Below, in pieces: positions 39,317 through 49,190 of a stretch of 64,000 bases of DNA; the stretch's first letter is position 1, and every line of letters begins with the position of its first letter. The DNA comes from Minisyncoccota bacterium (GTDB lineage Bacteria > Patescibacteriota > Minisyncoccia > Phycocordibacterales > JABMNX01), in NCBI GenBank assembly GCA_965222715.1, contig OZ244961.1, positions 204,609 through 268,608 on the forward strand. The letters are read 5' to 3'. The notes under the pieces were generated by a model. It worked only from the letters and a program-made list of their open reading frames with translations. It searched no databases and was not told the DNA's origin. Made by a program: the position numbers and the translations under genes.

Positions 39317-40003
39317 ATGGAACTTATTCTTGCGTGGATTATAATTATTTTTGCAGCATCAACTTTCTCAGTATTGATAGGCAAAAAATATGGGGTTATC
39401 TATCCTACGACCATCTTTGCCACATTGGTTGTACTTGCAAATATTCTTGCTTCAAAAGTTGTGTTAATTGGAGAATGGACTGTCCCAGCGGGGACATTAG
39501 TGTTTATGGCAACCTACCTCATAACTGATCTTGTTTCGGAAATTTGGGGTAAAAAAGAGGCTCGAAATGCTGTTTGGGCGGGTTTTTATGCAAACATTAT
39601 GGCAGCCATTGCTATATGGATTGCAATTATTTGGCCACCAGCACCTTTCGCTCAAGAATTTAGTGAAATGTATGCCACAGTTCTTGGTGGAACATGGAGA
39701 ATAATAACTGCCTCTATGCTTGCATATCTTATATCTATGCATCTTGATGTAACATTCTTTCATTGGATTAAGGATTGGACAAAAGGAAAACATTTATGGC
39801 TTCGAAACAACCTTGCAACTATCCCAGCAAACTTTTTAGGAGCCGCGGTATTCGCTTTCATTGCTTTTTGGGGTGTAGTACCAAATATTTGGGTATTTAT
39901 CTTAACTCTAGCAATAATCCAGTCTGTAATCGTTCTTATTGATACGCCTTTTGCGTACATAATTAGACATTTGGCGAGTAAAATAGAACCTTCAAAAAAC
40001 TAG
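39317..40003 (+). CDS. Queuosine precursor transporter (YhhQ/VUT family)
   Basis: ANILASK, YLITDLVSEIWGKKEA, RIITAS..AYLIS, HLWLRNN, IDTPF. Confidence 0.9.
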   Translation: MELILAWIIIIFAASTFSVLIGKKYGVIYPTTIFATLVVLANILASKVVLIGEWTVPAGTLVFMATYLITDLVSEIWGKKEARNAVWAGFYANIMAAIAIWIAIIWPPAPFAQEFSEMYATVLGGTWRIITASMLAYLISMHLDVTFFHWIKDWTKGKHLWLRNNLATIPANFLGAAVFAFIAFWGVVPNIWVFILTLAIIQSVIVLIDTPFAYIIRHLASKIEPSKN

Positions 40004-40064
40004 ACTTTCTACTTCTTTGATTTTTCTTTCCAAAGCAGACTTTAAGTTATGATAAAATAATGTC

Positions 40065-40730
40065 ATGACTGGTTATGATGTTAAGTTGGCGAACGAGTAC
40101 GCAAAAGAAAGGGGTAAATATGTTTACACGGACAAAAATCTTCTTTCCCTCATTGATAGTTTAGATTTGAAAGGAAAAAAGATTTTAGATTTTGGTTGTG
40201 GTGATGGGTATCTCTCAATAAAGTTAGCGATGAAGGGTGTAGGTAAGGTGGTTGGTATAGATTCCAGTCCACAAATGATCCATTTTGCTAATATAAATAA
40301 AGAAAACTCTAGATTATCAAATTTAGAGTTTATAGAATCTGATGGGAAAGAATTGCCCTTCAAAGACAACTCGTTTGATATTGTGTTAGCAAACTATGTT
40401 CTAGTTCATTTTCAAGAACTAGAAAGACCCCTAAAAGAGATATTCAGAGTTCTTAGAGATAGGGGTGATTTTGTTGCTACTATAAATAATGCGAACATTT
40501 CAGATAAGCTAACCAAAACGCCCACACCCTTACTCTTAGGGAAAAAGGTGAAGGTATTTGATTATTTAAGAACTGATACTTATACAAAAAAAGTTTTAAA
40601 AGAAACTAATTTTAATATTATTAAGTATAAAAGAGTCAACAATCCTGACGCAGTGATTGATCACAAATTCGAACACTATGAGGAGATCTCAGACTTCCAC
40701 TGTGTGCTGTTTTGGGCAAAGAAAGATTAA
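40065..40730 (+). CDS. Class I SAM-dependent methyltransferase
   Basis: ILDFGCGDG, GIDSS, LPFKDNSFDIV, EIFRVL. Confidence 0.9.
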   Translation: MTGYDVKLANEYAKERGKYVYTDKNLLSLIDSLDLKGKKILDFGCGDGYLSIKLAMKGVGKVVGIDSSPQMIHFANINKENSRLSNLEFIESDGKELPFKDNSFDIVLANYVLVHFQELERPLKEIFRVLRDRGDFVATINNANISDKLTKTPTPLLLGKKVKVFDYLRTDTYTKKVLKETNFNIIKYKRVNNPDAVIDHKFEHYEEISDFHCVLFWAKKD

Positions 40731-40894
40731 ATCACATCACGATCCACATTCATTGGTAAATAATTCTTTCAATCCTACTAACTCTTGGATACATCCATTC
40801 CAACCACCTTTAGAAAGGTCTGCAATACTTGACACACAAGCTGAAATATTATTTACTGTGATTAGTAGGTAATTCAAACAGTGGGGTAAAAAAC

Positions 40895-41311
40895 ATGACT
40901 CCGTATGTCACACGGTTTATTCCAGAGGAGGAACTGGCTCTTTTTGAGAGAGTAAAAGCTGCAGTTCAAGAGATGCCTGATATCGATCTGGGTGTAGATG
41001 AGAGAGGTAGAAAAGTGATTCTCTCTTGTCATATGCTCGCACGAGCAGTCAGTCGGGTCTTCGGTCTTGAGTATGCGGATGGCTACTTCTGTCGTTCCTA
41101 TCAGCATTCTTGGAACGTAACCAAGGATGGACACATTATTGATGTCTACCCAGTTGCAACCATTGGTGGTCCGTTGCTTGTTGACGGACAGGTGGCTTCA
41201 CCTGCACGAACCTTGTATACAAAGACAAGTGCCAAGACAATGTCACGAGGACGCTTCGGTCAAAACTCTTTCCGCAGGTCAGTCTCTCGAATTGTTCATG
41301 CTCTCAAATAA
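40895..41311 (+). CDS. Hypothetical protein
   Basis: SCHMLARA...HSW...IIDVYP (Cys-His-Asp order reminiscent of transglutaminase-like folds); followed by a hairpin at ~41328-41351. Confidence 0.65.
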   Translation: MTPYVTRFIPEEELALFERVKAAVQEMPDIDLGVDERGRKVILSCHMLARAVSRVFGLEYADGYFCRSYQHSWNVTKDGHIIDVYPVATIGGPLLVDGQVASPARTLYTKTSAKTMSRGRFGQNSFRRSVSRIVHALK

Positions 41312-41482
41312 GAAAAGAAAGTTTTAAAAGGAGGTGTTAAGGCACCTCCTTCCTTGTTTCTAATTGAGCTAAGTCTTTTAAGTCTTGGATGCATCCATTC
41401 CAATCATCTCTAGATAAGTCCACTTGTTTTGGATATATTCAAATTTAATTTAAGTAAATAGATATTGTGATACCATAACTTT

Positions 41483-41905
41483 ATGGTGTCCTTAATTTCT
41501 AAAGGTAATTTTTTATCTCACGAAGCTTTTTTAAAAGTTTGGAGTAATTTTGCTTTTCTTATTCCAGTACTTATTGCTTTGCATTTCAGTATGTATACAT
41601 ATGCATCATTAGTTTTTGTAACTATGATTGCGTCTATTTTATATCACGCCTCGAATGAGAAGAGTTTTAAAGCGCTCGATGTCTTTTTTGCTCATTTACT
41701 TATTGTTTCAAACCTATATCTTTGCTACTTATTTAATTTTCAATATCCATACTTCCACATAGCTTTTGTGTTTGTTTTTATTGCATTCTTTTTCTTCTTT
41801 CTTCAACATTATTCAGATAAAGCATTTAATCACGCAATGTGGCACATGGCTTCTGTTGTTATAACAAGTTCTTGCATCCTCGGATTTGGAATATTAATTG
41901 GTTAG
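41483..41905 (+). CDS. Membrane protein with CREST-like motifs
   Basis: SNFAF, SILYH, LD, HAMWH in TM context; AT-rich. Confidence 0.6.
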   Translation: MVSLISKGNFLSHEAFLKVWSNFAFLIPVLIALHFSMYTYASLVFVTMIASILYHASNEKSFKALDVFFAHLLIVSNLYLCYLFNFQYPYFHIAFVFVFIAFFFFFLQHYSDKAFNHAMWHMASVVITSSCILGFGILIG

Positions 41906-41936
41906 ATATTCTATCTGTCTACACCCTCCTCGATTT

Positions 41937-42416
41937 TTAAATCTTCAAAAACAAGATACCCTTCTTTATATCAAGGTATACAGAGAATAAATACGTTACT
42001 ATACCGGCTAGAAGTATGTAACTAAAAGATTTTGTATCAACAAGTGTGAACACCAACAAGCTAAGTATTACTATTTGATAAAAACAGTATATGAGGTGAA
42101 GTTTGCCATGATTGGTTATGCTTCCTTTTATATATCCAGAATTGCTTTTTTGTAAACTATTGAGTTTATAGCTTTGGTGCAAAAGAATTGTAACAAGTAG
42201 AGAAATTAGTATAGAAGATACCAAGAAGGGAGCATTAATTTGAGAGAAATCGTAGGTTATTCCAAAGACATAGTTTATAAGAGATAAACCAATAAGATCA
42301 CCAATTATAATAGTGTTGTAACTAGTAAATGTAATAGCAACATTCTTGCTTCTTGTTAGATAGCCAACAAAAATAAAACACAGATTAATACCAACAAAAA
42401 GTAGACCTACGTACAT
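41937..42416 (-). CDS. Hypothetical membrane protein
   Basis: AT-rich 159-aa ORF with about five TM segments. Confidence 0.55.
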   Translation of the reverse strand: MYVGLLFVGINLCFIFVGYLTRSKNVAITFTSYNTIIIGDLIGLSLINYVFGITYDFSQINAPFLVSSILISLLVTILLHQSYKLNSLQKSNSGYIKGSITNHGKLHLIYCFYQIVILSLLVFTLVDTKSFSYILLAGIVTYLFSVYLDIKKGILFLKI

Positions 42417-42418
42417 AG

Positions 42419-42787
42419 TTACTTGGATATTTTTTTACTAAACTTTTTACCAAACAGTGAATGGCGATGTCGAGAGATAATACCGTACCCAATGTATAAA
42501 ATGTGTCTCATTACTGGTAATCTTCCAAGCCACACTAACCACCTCCACTGCGGATAGGAGTGTAGTATTTCTAGCATTGCGTCAGCATTTTTATGCACCT
42601 TGCCACTTTCATCAACTACATGTATTTCTTTATTCACCTCTTCAAAAGTAGTATGTTGGGGTCGTGAACCTTTTGTGATATCTTCCATTACAAATTCAGC
42701 ACCTTTTTTTGAATGAGATACTTTGCCCACTAGTGCAGTACACATGGGGCAACTGCCGTCATAATACACCTCCTTCTTTTTGTTCAT
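42419..42787 (-). CDS. DCC1-like thiol-disulfide oxidoreductase (DUF393)
   Basis: YYDGSCPMC, Y..ISRHRH. Confidence 0.85.
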   Translation of the reverse strand: MNKKKEVYYDGSCPMCTALVGKVSHSKKGAEFVMEDITKGSRPQHTTFEEVNKEIHVVDESGKVHKNADAMLEILHSYPQWRWLVWLGRLPVMRHILYIGYGIISRHRHSLFGKKFSKKISK

Positions 42788-42845
42788 AGATAGGTACAGT
42801 ATATCGTTAATTTGCTCATACATCATTTGTGGTATCGTGTAGATA

Positions 42846-43130
42846 ATGTTTAAGCGCACTAAAGAAGATTTCACTTGCGAATATTGCGGTTTCGAGGTTA
42901 TTGGAGATGGCTACACGAATCATTGCCCGCAGTGTTTATGGAGTAAGCATGTGGACATAGATCCTGGAGATCGAAAAAGTGAGTGCGGAGGTTTAATGCA
43001 ACCAGTCTCACTAGAGCCAGATGGTGTGGAATATCGCATTTTACACCGTTGTACGAAATGTGGGCTTGAGAAGAGAAATAAGCTTCAAAAAGGTGATGTA
43101 TTTGACCCCGAACAGGTACTAAATGCATAG
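42846..43130 (+). CDS. RNHCP domain protein
   Basis: FTCEYCG, TNHCPQCLWSKHVD..PGDR...CGGLM, HRCTKCG. Confidence 0.9.
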   Translation: MFKRTKEDFTCEYCGFEVIGDGYTNHCPQCLWSKHVDIDPGDRKSECGGLMQPVSLEPDGVEYRILHRCTKCGLEKRNKLQKGDVFDPEQVLNA

Positions 43131-43189
43131 TTTGACTATGCGTTTACACATCTCTTGTGGAGTGTGTGTATCCATGCAATAGTTTATAT

Positions 43190-43615
43190 ATGTTAGATCC
43201 AATTGAGCAAAGTATCCCACGGAAGCCTGAGATTCCTCATTATCATGGCGATACTGTGCGCACCCTCTTTCTTGTTGGTGGTATTGCAATTCTCGCAACA
43301 CTACCGTTTTATACAAACCTTCTTATGATTGGCACAGGTGCACTTACTATTTTTGTTGTACTACTTGTACTTGGCGGCGCCATCGTTAATCCATTTCAGC
43401 GTTGGACTGTCTTTGTAAACCTTCTTGTTGCAGCTGGTGCAGTTGTGCTTTTTGAATATGCAGCAATTACTGGGTATAGTACTGACGAAATATTCCTTTC
43501 AATTATTCGCCAAGGACTCGCAATTATTTTCCTTTTTGCACTGTATTATAGCGGTAGAACACTTCGGGCAATGTATATGCACCAGATTGGTAAGAAGAAT
43601 GGTCTCTACCAATAG
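43190..43615 (+). CDS. Hypothetical membrane protein
   Basis: HYHGD.VR.LF start and four TM segments. Confidence 0.75.
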   Translation: MLDPIEQSIPRKPEIPHYHGDTVRTLFLVGGIAILATLPFYTNLLMIGTGALTIFVVLLVLGGAIVNPFQRWTVFVNLLVAAGAVVLFEYAAITGYSTDEIFLSIIRQGLAIIFLFALYYSGRTLRAMYMHQIGKKNGLYQ

Positions 43616-46600
43616 CTATCGTTTTACTAAAACACCAGGCTTTCTATGGTAAAGAATTGGCACAATGACCAGTGTCAGGATCACCGAGAAGAGTAGTCCA
43701 AAGATAATTGAGTAGGCAAGTGGTGCCCAAAGATCAGATGCATAGGTGAGTGGGAAGATACCAATTACGGTAGTCACTGTTGTTAGTAGAATAGGGCGGA
43801 GTCGAAGAGACGCTCCTTCAAGCACAATCTCTAACATATCTCGATCAGGATTTTTCCGTCGAAGACTATTAAGTGTATCAATAAGAATAATTGAGTTATT
43901 TACCACGATTCCTGTTAGCGCAATGAATCCCATAAGTGAAGGGAATGAAAGCGCCTTTCCGGTTATCGCTAGACCAAGCATAATGCCAATAAGTGCAAGT
44001 GGTGTTACTGAAAGTACGTAGAGTGCGTGTCTAAATGAATCAAATTGAAGTACTAAGATTGAGAGCATTAAGAGTAGTCCTACAATAAGCGCGTAGAACA
44101 TTTCGATAAACGCTTGGTTGTTTTCTTCATTCTCTCCACCAATTTTCATGGTTACCCCTTCTGGAATGGTGAGTTCATCTTCAGCACGTTTTTGGAATTC
44201 GGTCACAATTTCTCGGACGTTACCAGTTGCAGTGATTTGAGAACCAACAGTAGCTACACGTTCAAGATCTTCGTGTGAAATAGAAGTATTCTTCTTTGCA
44301 ATACTGGTCGTTAACACTGACCCTAGAAGCACCGGACCTTGTGGTGTTTGTATTGAGAGTTGATTAAGCGTGTCGATTGTAGTGCGGTTAGTGTCATGTG
44401 GATCGAGGAATGAGTTATTAAGGTTAAGTTTTACAATTACCTCTATATCATCTTCCTGTTGTTTGATTGTCGTTGCTTCAACACCATTTACTGCTGTACG
44501 GAGTGTTTGAGAAATAATGCTTGCGTTTAACCCAAGCTCAGAGGCTTTTGCGGTATCAACCTCTATAACAAATTGCGTACTATCATTTTTAAGACTAGTA
44601 GTAACATCAGATGTACCGTCAATATCTTCGAGTATCTTTGAAGCGCTAAGAGCAAGGCGATCAAGCTCTTCAAGGTCATCACCTAAGAAATTAATAACAA
44701 CAGGGGTACCAACAGGTGGCCCATCGCTTAATTGTGTGACGCGTACCGTAGATGTCTGCACCTGTGAGAAATCAGACCGGAGTACTTCAACAAATTCGCT
44801 TGAGAGAAGTGGTCGATCTTCGCGAAGTGTAATAAAAGCATTTGCAAGTTTCTCTCCAGATGCACTACTTCCATCGCCACTCGTGAATGCACTTCCTGCG
44901 CCACTAGTAATCAAGAATGACTCAATAACTTCATAGTTATACAGTAACTCTTCAATTTTTCGTGCCTCAAGATCAGTTTGAGAAAGGAGTGTTCCTTCAG
45001 GTAGTTCAACTTCTACCACAAGGTAATCTTGGTCAGTTGTGGCAAAAAATTCAACTTGTACTAACCCGATAATTGGGAATGAAAGGGTAATAAAGAACAT
45101 AGCAATAGTACTCCACACCCAGATTCGTTCCTTTCCTTTACTACCAAGAATGGCTCTAATTTTTCTTTTATACCATTCTTGAAGTTTTTTAGTATACACT
45201 CGCTGTGTGTGTTCAAAAGAGCTTGTTTCTCGACGACGAAGGAAGATTGAACTAATGAGAGGCACGAATCCGATTGCAACAAGAAGGGAAGCAAGGAGAA
45301 CAAAGATAATGGTAAACGGAATACTTGCAATAAATTGACCCACCACACCCGAGATAAAGAAGAGGGGAACAAACACTGCTACAGTGGTTAGTGTTCCGGT
45401 GGTAAGTGGTGTGTGGAAGGTGCGTATTGCTTGAAGCGCAGCCTGAACCTTATCACCTTCAGGGTTTGCCTTCATATTGTGATTAATTCCTTCAATCATC
45501 ACAATTGCCGAATCAACTAAAATACCAACCGCAAGAATGAGGGCAAAAAGAGATACAAAGTTCAATGTATTATCTGAAGCAAAAAGGGCAATGAAGGCAA
45601 TAGTGAAGGAGAGTGGTATCGCAACGCTTGCAATAAGTGCTTCACGCCATCCAATTGCAATTAAAAGTACCACAAGGACGAGAAGGACTGTTTGTAAGCC
45701 AGTGAACGAAAGACTCGAGAGATCTTTTTGTAATTGCTCTCCTGTATCAAACACAATAAGTGTATTTGCTCCATCAAGTAGTTCCCCTGGTTCTTTTAGT
45801 GATTCAACTTTCTCTCTCACACTTTGTGCAATACGAGTAATATCCCCGCCGGTCCGTTTAAACACATCAAAAGAGAGTGCTGGTTGTGATGGCTCTCCAT
45901 TTAAAGAGAGGCGAGAGCGAGTTTGCGCTTCAGAGAGACCATCTACTATCGTTGCAATATCGCGTACATAGACTGGCTCTCCACCAGATTCAAAGAGTGC
46001 TATGTTTGCGATTTCACTTGGATCATCTATATCACCTTCAAACTGAACGGTGTACTCAATGTTGTCAGTTACGATGCTTCCAATAGGGAAGGTGTTGTTT
46101 GCAGCAGCAATTGCGCTTACAACATCAAGAAGTCGAATATCAAATGTAGTAAGTGCCTCGCGATTGACAATAACCTGTGTCTCGCGCACTCTATCGCCAC
46201 CAATCGTTACACTAGAGACACCAGAAACATCAAGAATTGCATCTTCTACGTCTCGCGCCAGCCGAATTAGTTCTGGCTCTGGAAGGTCAGACGCAATTGC
46301 AAAGGTGAGCACTGGTTGATTAACAAAATCGATCTCGAGTACGTTCGGATCCTCTGCTTCACCAGGTAATTCATTTTTTATTTTATCTACCTCATCCTTA
46401 AGGTTGCGTATTGAATCATTAATATCAGCATCAGCATTAAACTGCACCGAGACAGTTGAAACACCTTCTCGTGAACTTGAGGTAATGGTGTCAACATCAT
46501 CGAGATTATTATTTAGCGCACTCTCAACTTTGTTTGTAATTAACTTTTCTATATCAAAAGCTGAGGCACCAGGAAATACTGTGGTAACAATACCAACAGG

Positions 46601-46729
46601 TATTTGTACTTCGGGAGATGATTCTTTAGGAATTGAAAAGAGCGAAAAGAGACCGAAGATAATTAGTACGGTTATGAATAGGTAACTAAAGTTACGACGT
46701 TTTGTAAAAAAGCTCCAAAATCCGTACAT
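43616..46729 (-). CDS. RND efflux permease (AcrB/AcrD/AcrF family)
   Basis: 1037 aa; GILVDSAIV, GIVVNNSIIL, RLRPILLTT. Confidence 0.95.
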   Translation of the reverse strand: MYGFWSFFTKRRNFSYLFITVLIIFGLFSLFSIPKESSPEVQIPVGIVTTVFPGASAFDIEKLITNKVESALNNNLDDVDTITSSSREGVSTVSVQFNADADINDSIRNLKDEVDKIKNELPGEAEDPNVLEIDFVNQPVLTFAIASDLPEPELIRLARDVEDAILDVSGVSSVTIGGDRVRETQVIVNREALTTFDIRLLDVVSAIAAANNTFPIGSIVTDNIEYTVQFEGDIDDPSEIANIALFESGGEPVYVRDIATIVDGLSEAQTRSRLSLNGEPSQPALSFDVFKRTGGDITRIAQSVREKVESLKEPGELLDGANTLIVFDTGEQLQKDLSSLSFTGLQTVLLVLVVLLIAIGWREALIASVAIPLSFTIAFIALFASDNTLNFVSLFALILAVGILVDSAIVMIEGINHNMKANPEGDKVQAALQAIRTFHTPLTTGTLTTVAVFVPLFFISGVVGQFIASIPFTIIFVLLASLLVAIGFVPLISSIFLRRRETSSFEHTQRVYTKKLQEWYKRKIRAILGSKGKERIWVWSTIAMFFITLSFPIIGLVQVEFFATTDQDYLVVEVELPEGTLLSQTDLEARKIEELLYNYEVIESFLITSGAGSAFTSGDGSSASGEKLANAFITLREDRPLLSSEFVEVLRSDFSQVQTSTVRVTQLSDGPPVGTPVVINFLGDDLEELDRLALSASKILEDIDGTSDVTTSLKNDSTQFVIEVDTAKASELGLNASIISQTLRTAVNGVEATTIKQQEDDIEVIVKLNLNNSFLDPHDTNRTTIDTLNQLSIQTPQGPVLLGSVLTTSIAKKNTSISHEDLERVATVGSQITATGNVREIVTEFQKRAEDELTIPEGVTMKIGGENEENNQAFIEMFYALIVGLLLMLSILVLQFDSFRHALYVLSVTPLALIGIMLGLAITGKALSFPSLMGFIALTGIVVNNSIILIDTLNSLRRKNPDRDMLEIVLEGASLRLRPILLTTVTTVIGIFPLTYASDLWAPLAYSIIFGLLFSVILTLVIVPILYHRKPGVLVKR

Positions 46730-46739
46730 ACAATGAGAA

Positions 46740-48332
46740 TTACCGAACAGTTACTACTTGTTCTGCAATGAGACCACGGGCATCAGTGACAATGTAGTCA
46801 GAAGAAGAAATACCACCTGTAATTTCAACCTTATTTCCAAGAATACGACCAAGTGCCACTGTGTGGGGAATCAGTCTATTTTCTTCTGAGACAGTGAAGA
46901 CGAGCGCATCATCAACCTGCACTTTAAGGGCTGAGAGTGGAATAAAAATAGTCTCAACCTCCTCTGCGGTTGCGGGTCGAGAACGTGCAATCTGTATTTC
47001 AACAGAAGAACCGTTTGGGATAGTCACTGATGTGTCGGTAATACCAACACGTACTTCTATCTTCTTTGTTTGTGGATCAAGTCCAGGTGCAATAGAAGTC
47101 ACTACCCCTCGGTATGTGCCGTCGATAACCACCTCATTATTTACCGCAATGTTATTTCGTTCGTCTTCAGTAATAAAGGAAACAATCTCTAATGCGTTTT
47201 GGTTTGTTACCACTGCTGCAGGGTCAAACTGGGAGACAAAATCCCCTGTTGAAAGTGAGAGCGATGCAATACGACCACTTATTGGTGTGCGAATCAATGT
47301 CTTCTCAAGATTTGCCTCTGCAACACGAAGTGCTGCCTCGGCTGCAGCAATATCTTCTACTCGACCTCCAGATACCCCTTGATTGTAATTTTCTTCAGCA
47401 ATACGAAGTGTATTTTGAGCGCTCTCAAGAGCTTGTTCTCCCTGCGAGAGGGTATCAAGTGTTGTAAGAATACCTGAGCGGGCAGTTGCTATGTCGCTTC
47501 GGTACCCACTAATGTCACTCTGGGTCACAGTATCAGTAGGAATTGCTTTATTTAGAGCTGAAGTAATGGTGTCAAGATACGAGGTTATAAAATCAAGTTC
47601 ATCAATTGCAAATGTAAACGTCTCGTTTAAATCGCTTTGTGTTGAAAGTGCATTCCGTCGTGTTTTCATTTCAGCGAGTCGCTCTTGTAGTTGGACACGA
47701 TCATTTTCTATATCAAGTTCAAGTTGTGCTTCTGATGTGGTGACAATAAACGAAGGGTTTGTAGTATCCGGGTTACTCATTAGTTGGTCAGAGGTGCGAA
47801 TAACTGCGTCTTCCGCCTTTGCAAAAGCTGAAAGGATAATGTTTACCGCCTGACGACGTTCACTTGAGAGAGATTTTCTTGCGTCATCTCGAGTAATTTC
47901 TAGTACAGTTAACTCTTCGTCACGACTTCCTTTTGTTGTTTTATCTAGTTGTGCTCGCGCCTGTGCAACTGAAGCGCGTTCTGCATCATTTTTAATTTCA
48001 GCAATGATTGCTCCAGCAAACACAAAATCGCCAACTTTGCGATAAACGTTTGTTACTATCCCTGTTGATTCAGTCCGTAAGTTAGCCTCGTTTGCTGAAC
48101 GGATAGTACCAATAAGAGAAAGGGGAGTTGTTTCAGTTGAGAGTGCAGCAACTTGCTCAGTTGATACTACTCGAATTTGAGGCTCTCGAGTAATCTCATC
48201 AAGTACCGATGATCCTGCTGCTCGCCACAGAACAATTCCAATAACAATAACAATAACGAATCCTATAATGATACCGTACCGCTTCTTCTTTGAGAGTGCT
48301 CGGTAGTGGTCAAAAAGAGTATGTTGAAACAT
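46740..48332 (-). CDS. RND membrane fusion / periplasmic adaptor protein
   Basis: N-terminal TM, VGDFV lipoyl halves, long coiled coil, IRTPISG. Confidence 0.88.
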   Translation of the reverse strand: MFQHTLFDHYRALSKKKRYGIIIGFVIVIVIGIVLWRAAGSSVLDEITREPQIRVVSTEQVAALSTETTPLSLIGTIRSANEANLRTESTGIVTNVYRKVGDFVFAGAIIAEIKNDAERASVAQARAQLDKTTKGSRDEELTVLEITRDDARKSLSSERRQAVNIILSAFAKAEDAVIRTSDQLMSNPDTTNPSFIVTTSEAQLELDIENDRVQLQERLAEMKTRRNALSTQSDLNETFTFAIDELDFITSYLDTITSALNKAIPTDTVTQSDISGYRSDIATARSGILTTLDTLSQGEQALESAQNTLRIAEENYNQGVSGGRVEDIAAAEAALRVAEANLEKTLIRTPISGRIASLSLSTGDFVSQFDPAAVVTNQNALEIVSFITEDERNNIAVNNEVVIDGTYRGVVTSIAPGLDPQTKKIEVRVGITDTSVTIPNGSSVEIQIARSRPATAEEVETIFIPLSALKVQVDDALVFTVSEENRLIPHTVALGRILGNKVEITGGISSSDYIVTDARGLIAEQVVTVR

Positions 48333-48447
48333 GAAATATCTATATTAAAATTACAGACTAAACAGTACAACATTACCACTTAAAGTCAACGCAGTGTGTA
48401 CAGTTTTGTTAGGCACCTTTATATAAAATTTGATACACTTAGTAAGT

Positions 48448-48681
48448 ATGTTTAAAAATATGATAATGCGAAAGATGCTCAAATCGAAGATGAAGGGCGT
48501 CCCAGAAGAACAACAAGAGCACATTCTCTCAGCAATTGAAGAGAATCCTGAATTTTTTCAAAATATTGCTACTGAAATCCAAGCAAAAATGAAAGAAGGG
48601 AAAGATCAAATGACTGCAACAATGGAGGTTATGCAAAAGCATCAAGATGAAATGCGTACCCTCATGAATAAAAATAAATAA
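48448..48681 (+). CDS. Hypothetical protein
   Basis: Met-rich helical ORF following a -10-like TACACT. Confidence 0.75.
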   Translation: MFKNMIMRKMLKSKMKGVPEEQQEHILSAIEENPEFFQNIATEIQAKMKEGKDQMTATMEVMQKHQDEMRTLMNKNK

Positions 48682-48686
48682 GAAGT

Positions 48687-49190
48687 ATGGAGTTGCACAC
48701 AGTATTAGTCTTTATTCATATTGCGGGAACAATCCTTGGTGTAGGAGGCGCCACTCTTGCAGAGATATTTTATCTCTCTGCAGTAAAACACGGTAAGCCA
48801 GGCGCGGGGGAGAAACGCCTTATGCATGCTAACTACAAGATGCTCCGTGTTGGCCTTGCGCTCGCGGTGCTCTCAGGAATTGCACTTATTTGGTATTGGG
48901 TTTCTGTGGAGGGAAATCCATGGCCACTTGAGAGCCCTAAGGTATGGGTGAAGGATATTATGGTACTGGTGATTATTATTAATGCAGTACTTATTTCAAA
49001 ACGGTGGGTGCCCATGTGGCTCGGTGCTTCTTTGTCATTTACTTCATGGTGGGGAGCAACACTGCTTGGGGCGTGGAGGGAGATTCCGTTTTCATTTTGG
49101 CAAATTGTATCAGGGTACATTGTTGCAATTTTTGTCATAGCTGCGATACTGGAGGGCATTAAACACTGGTACGTAAGAAAAAGAACATAA
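48687..49190 (+). CDS. Hypothetical membrane protein
   Basis: HIAGTILGVGGAT and five TM segments. Confidence 0.75.
   Translation: MELHTVLVFIHIAGTILGVGGATLAEIFYLSAVKHGKPGAGEKRLMHANYKMLRVGLALAVLSGIALIWYWVSVEGNPWPLESPKVWVKDIMVLVIIINAVLISKRWVPMWLGASLSFTSWWGATLLGAWREIPFSFWQIVSGYIVAIFVIAAILEGIKHWYVRKRT

Larger units (their letters stand above)
34980..41905. mobile_element. tRNA-Ala-anchored tandem island/cassette array (right boundary uncertain, may reach ~42416)
   Basis: Core GTCCAC at the tRNA end (34980) recurs at 39067 and 41418, degenerate GTCTGC at 40818, each with conserved flanks. Modules differ in base composition. Confidence 0.7.

Noticed and set aside
41905-41936. GTCTAC after ORF 41483-41905 as a fourth array junction
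   Set aside because: The antisense frame stops after VDR and the TTCCAA arm is absent, so the right boundary of the array remains undefined.
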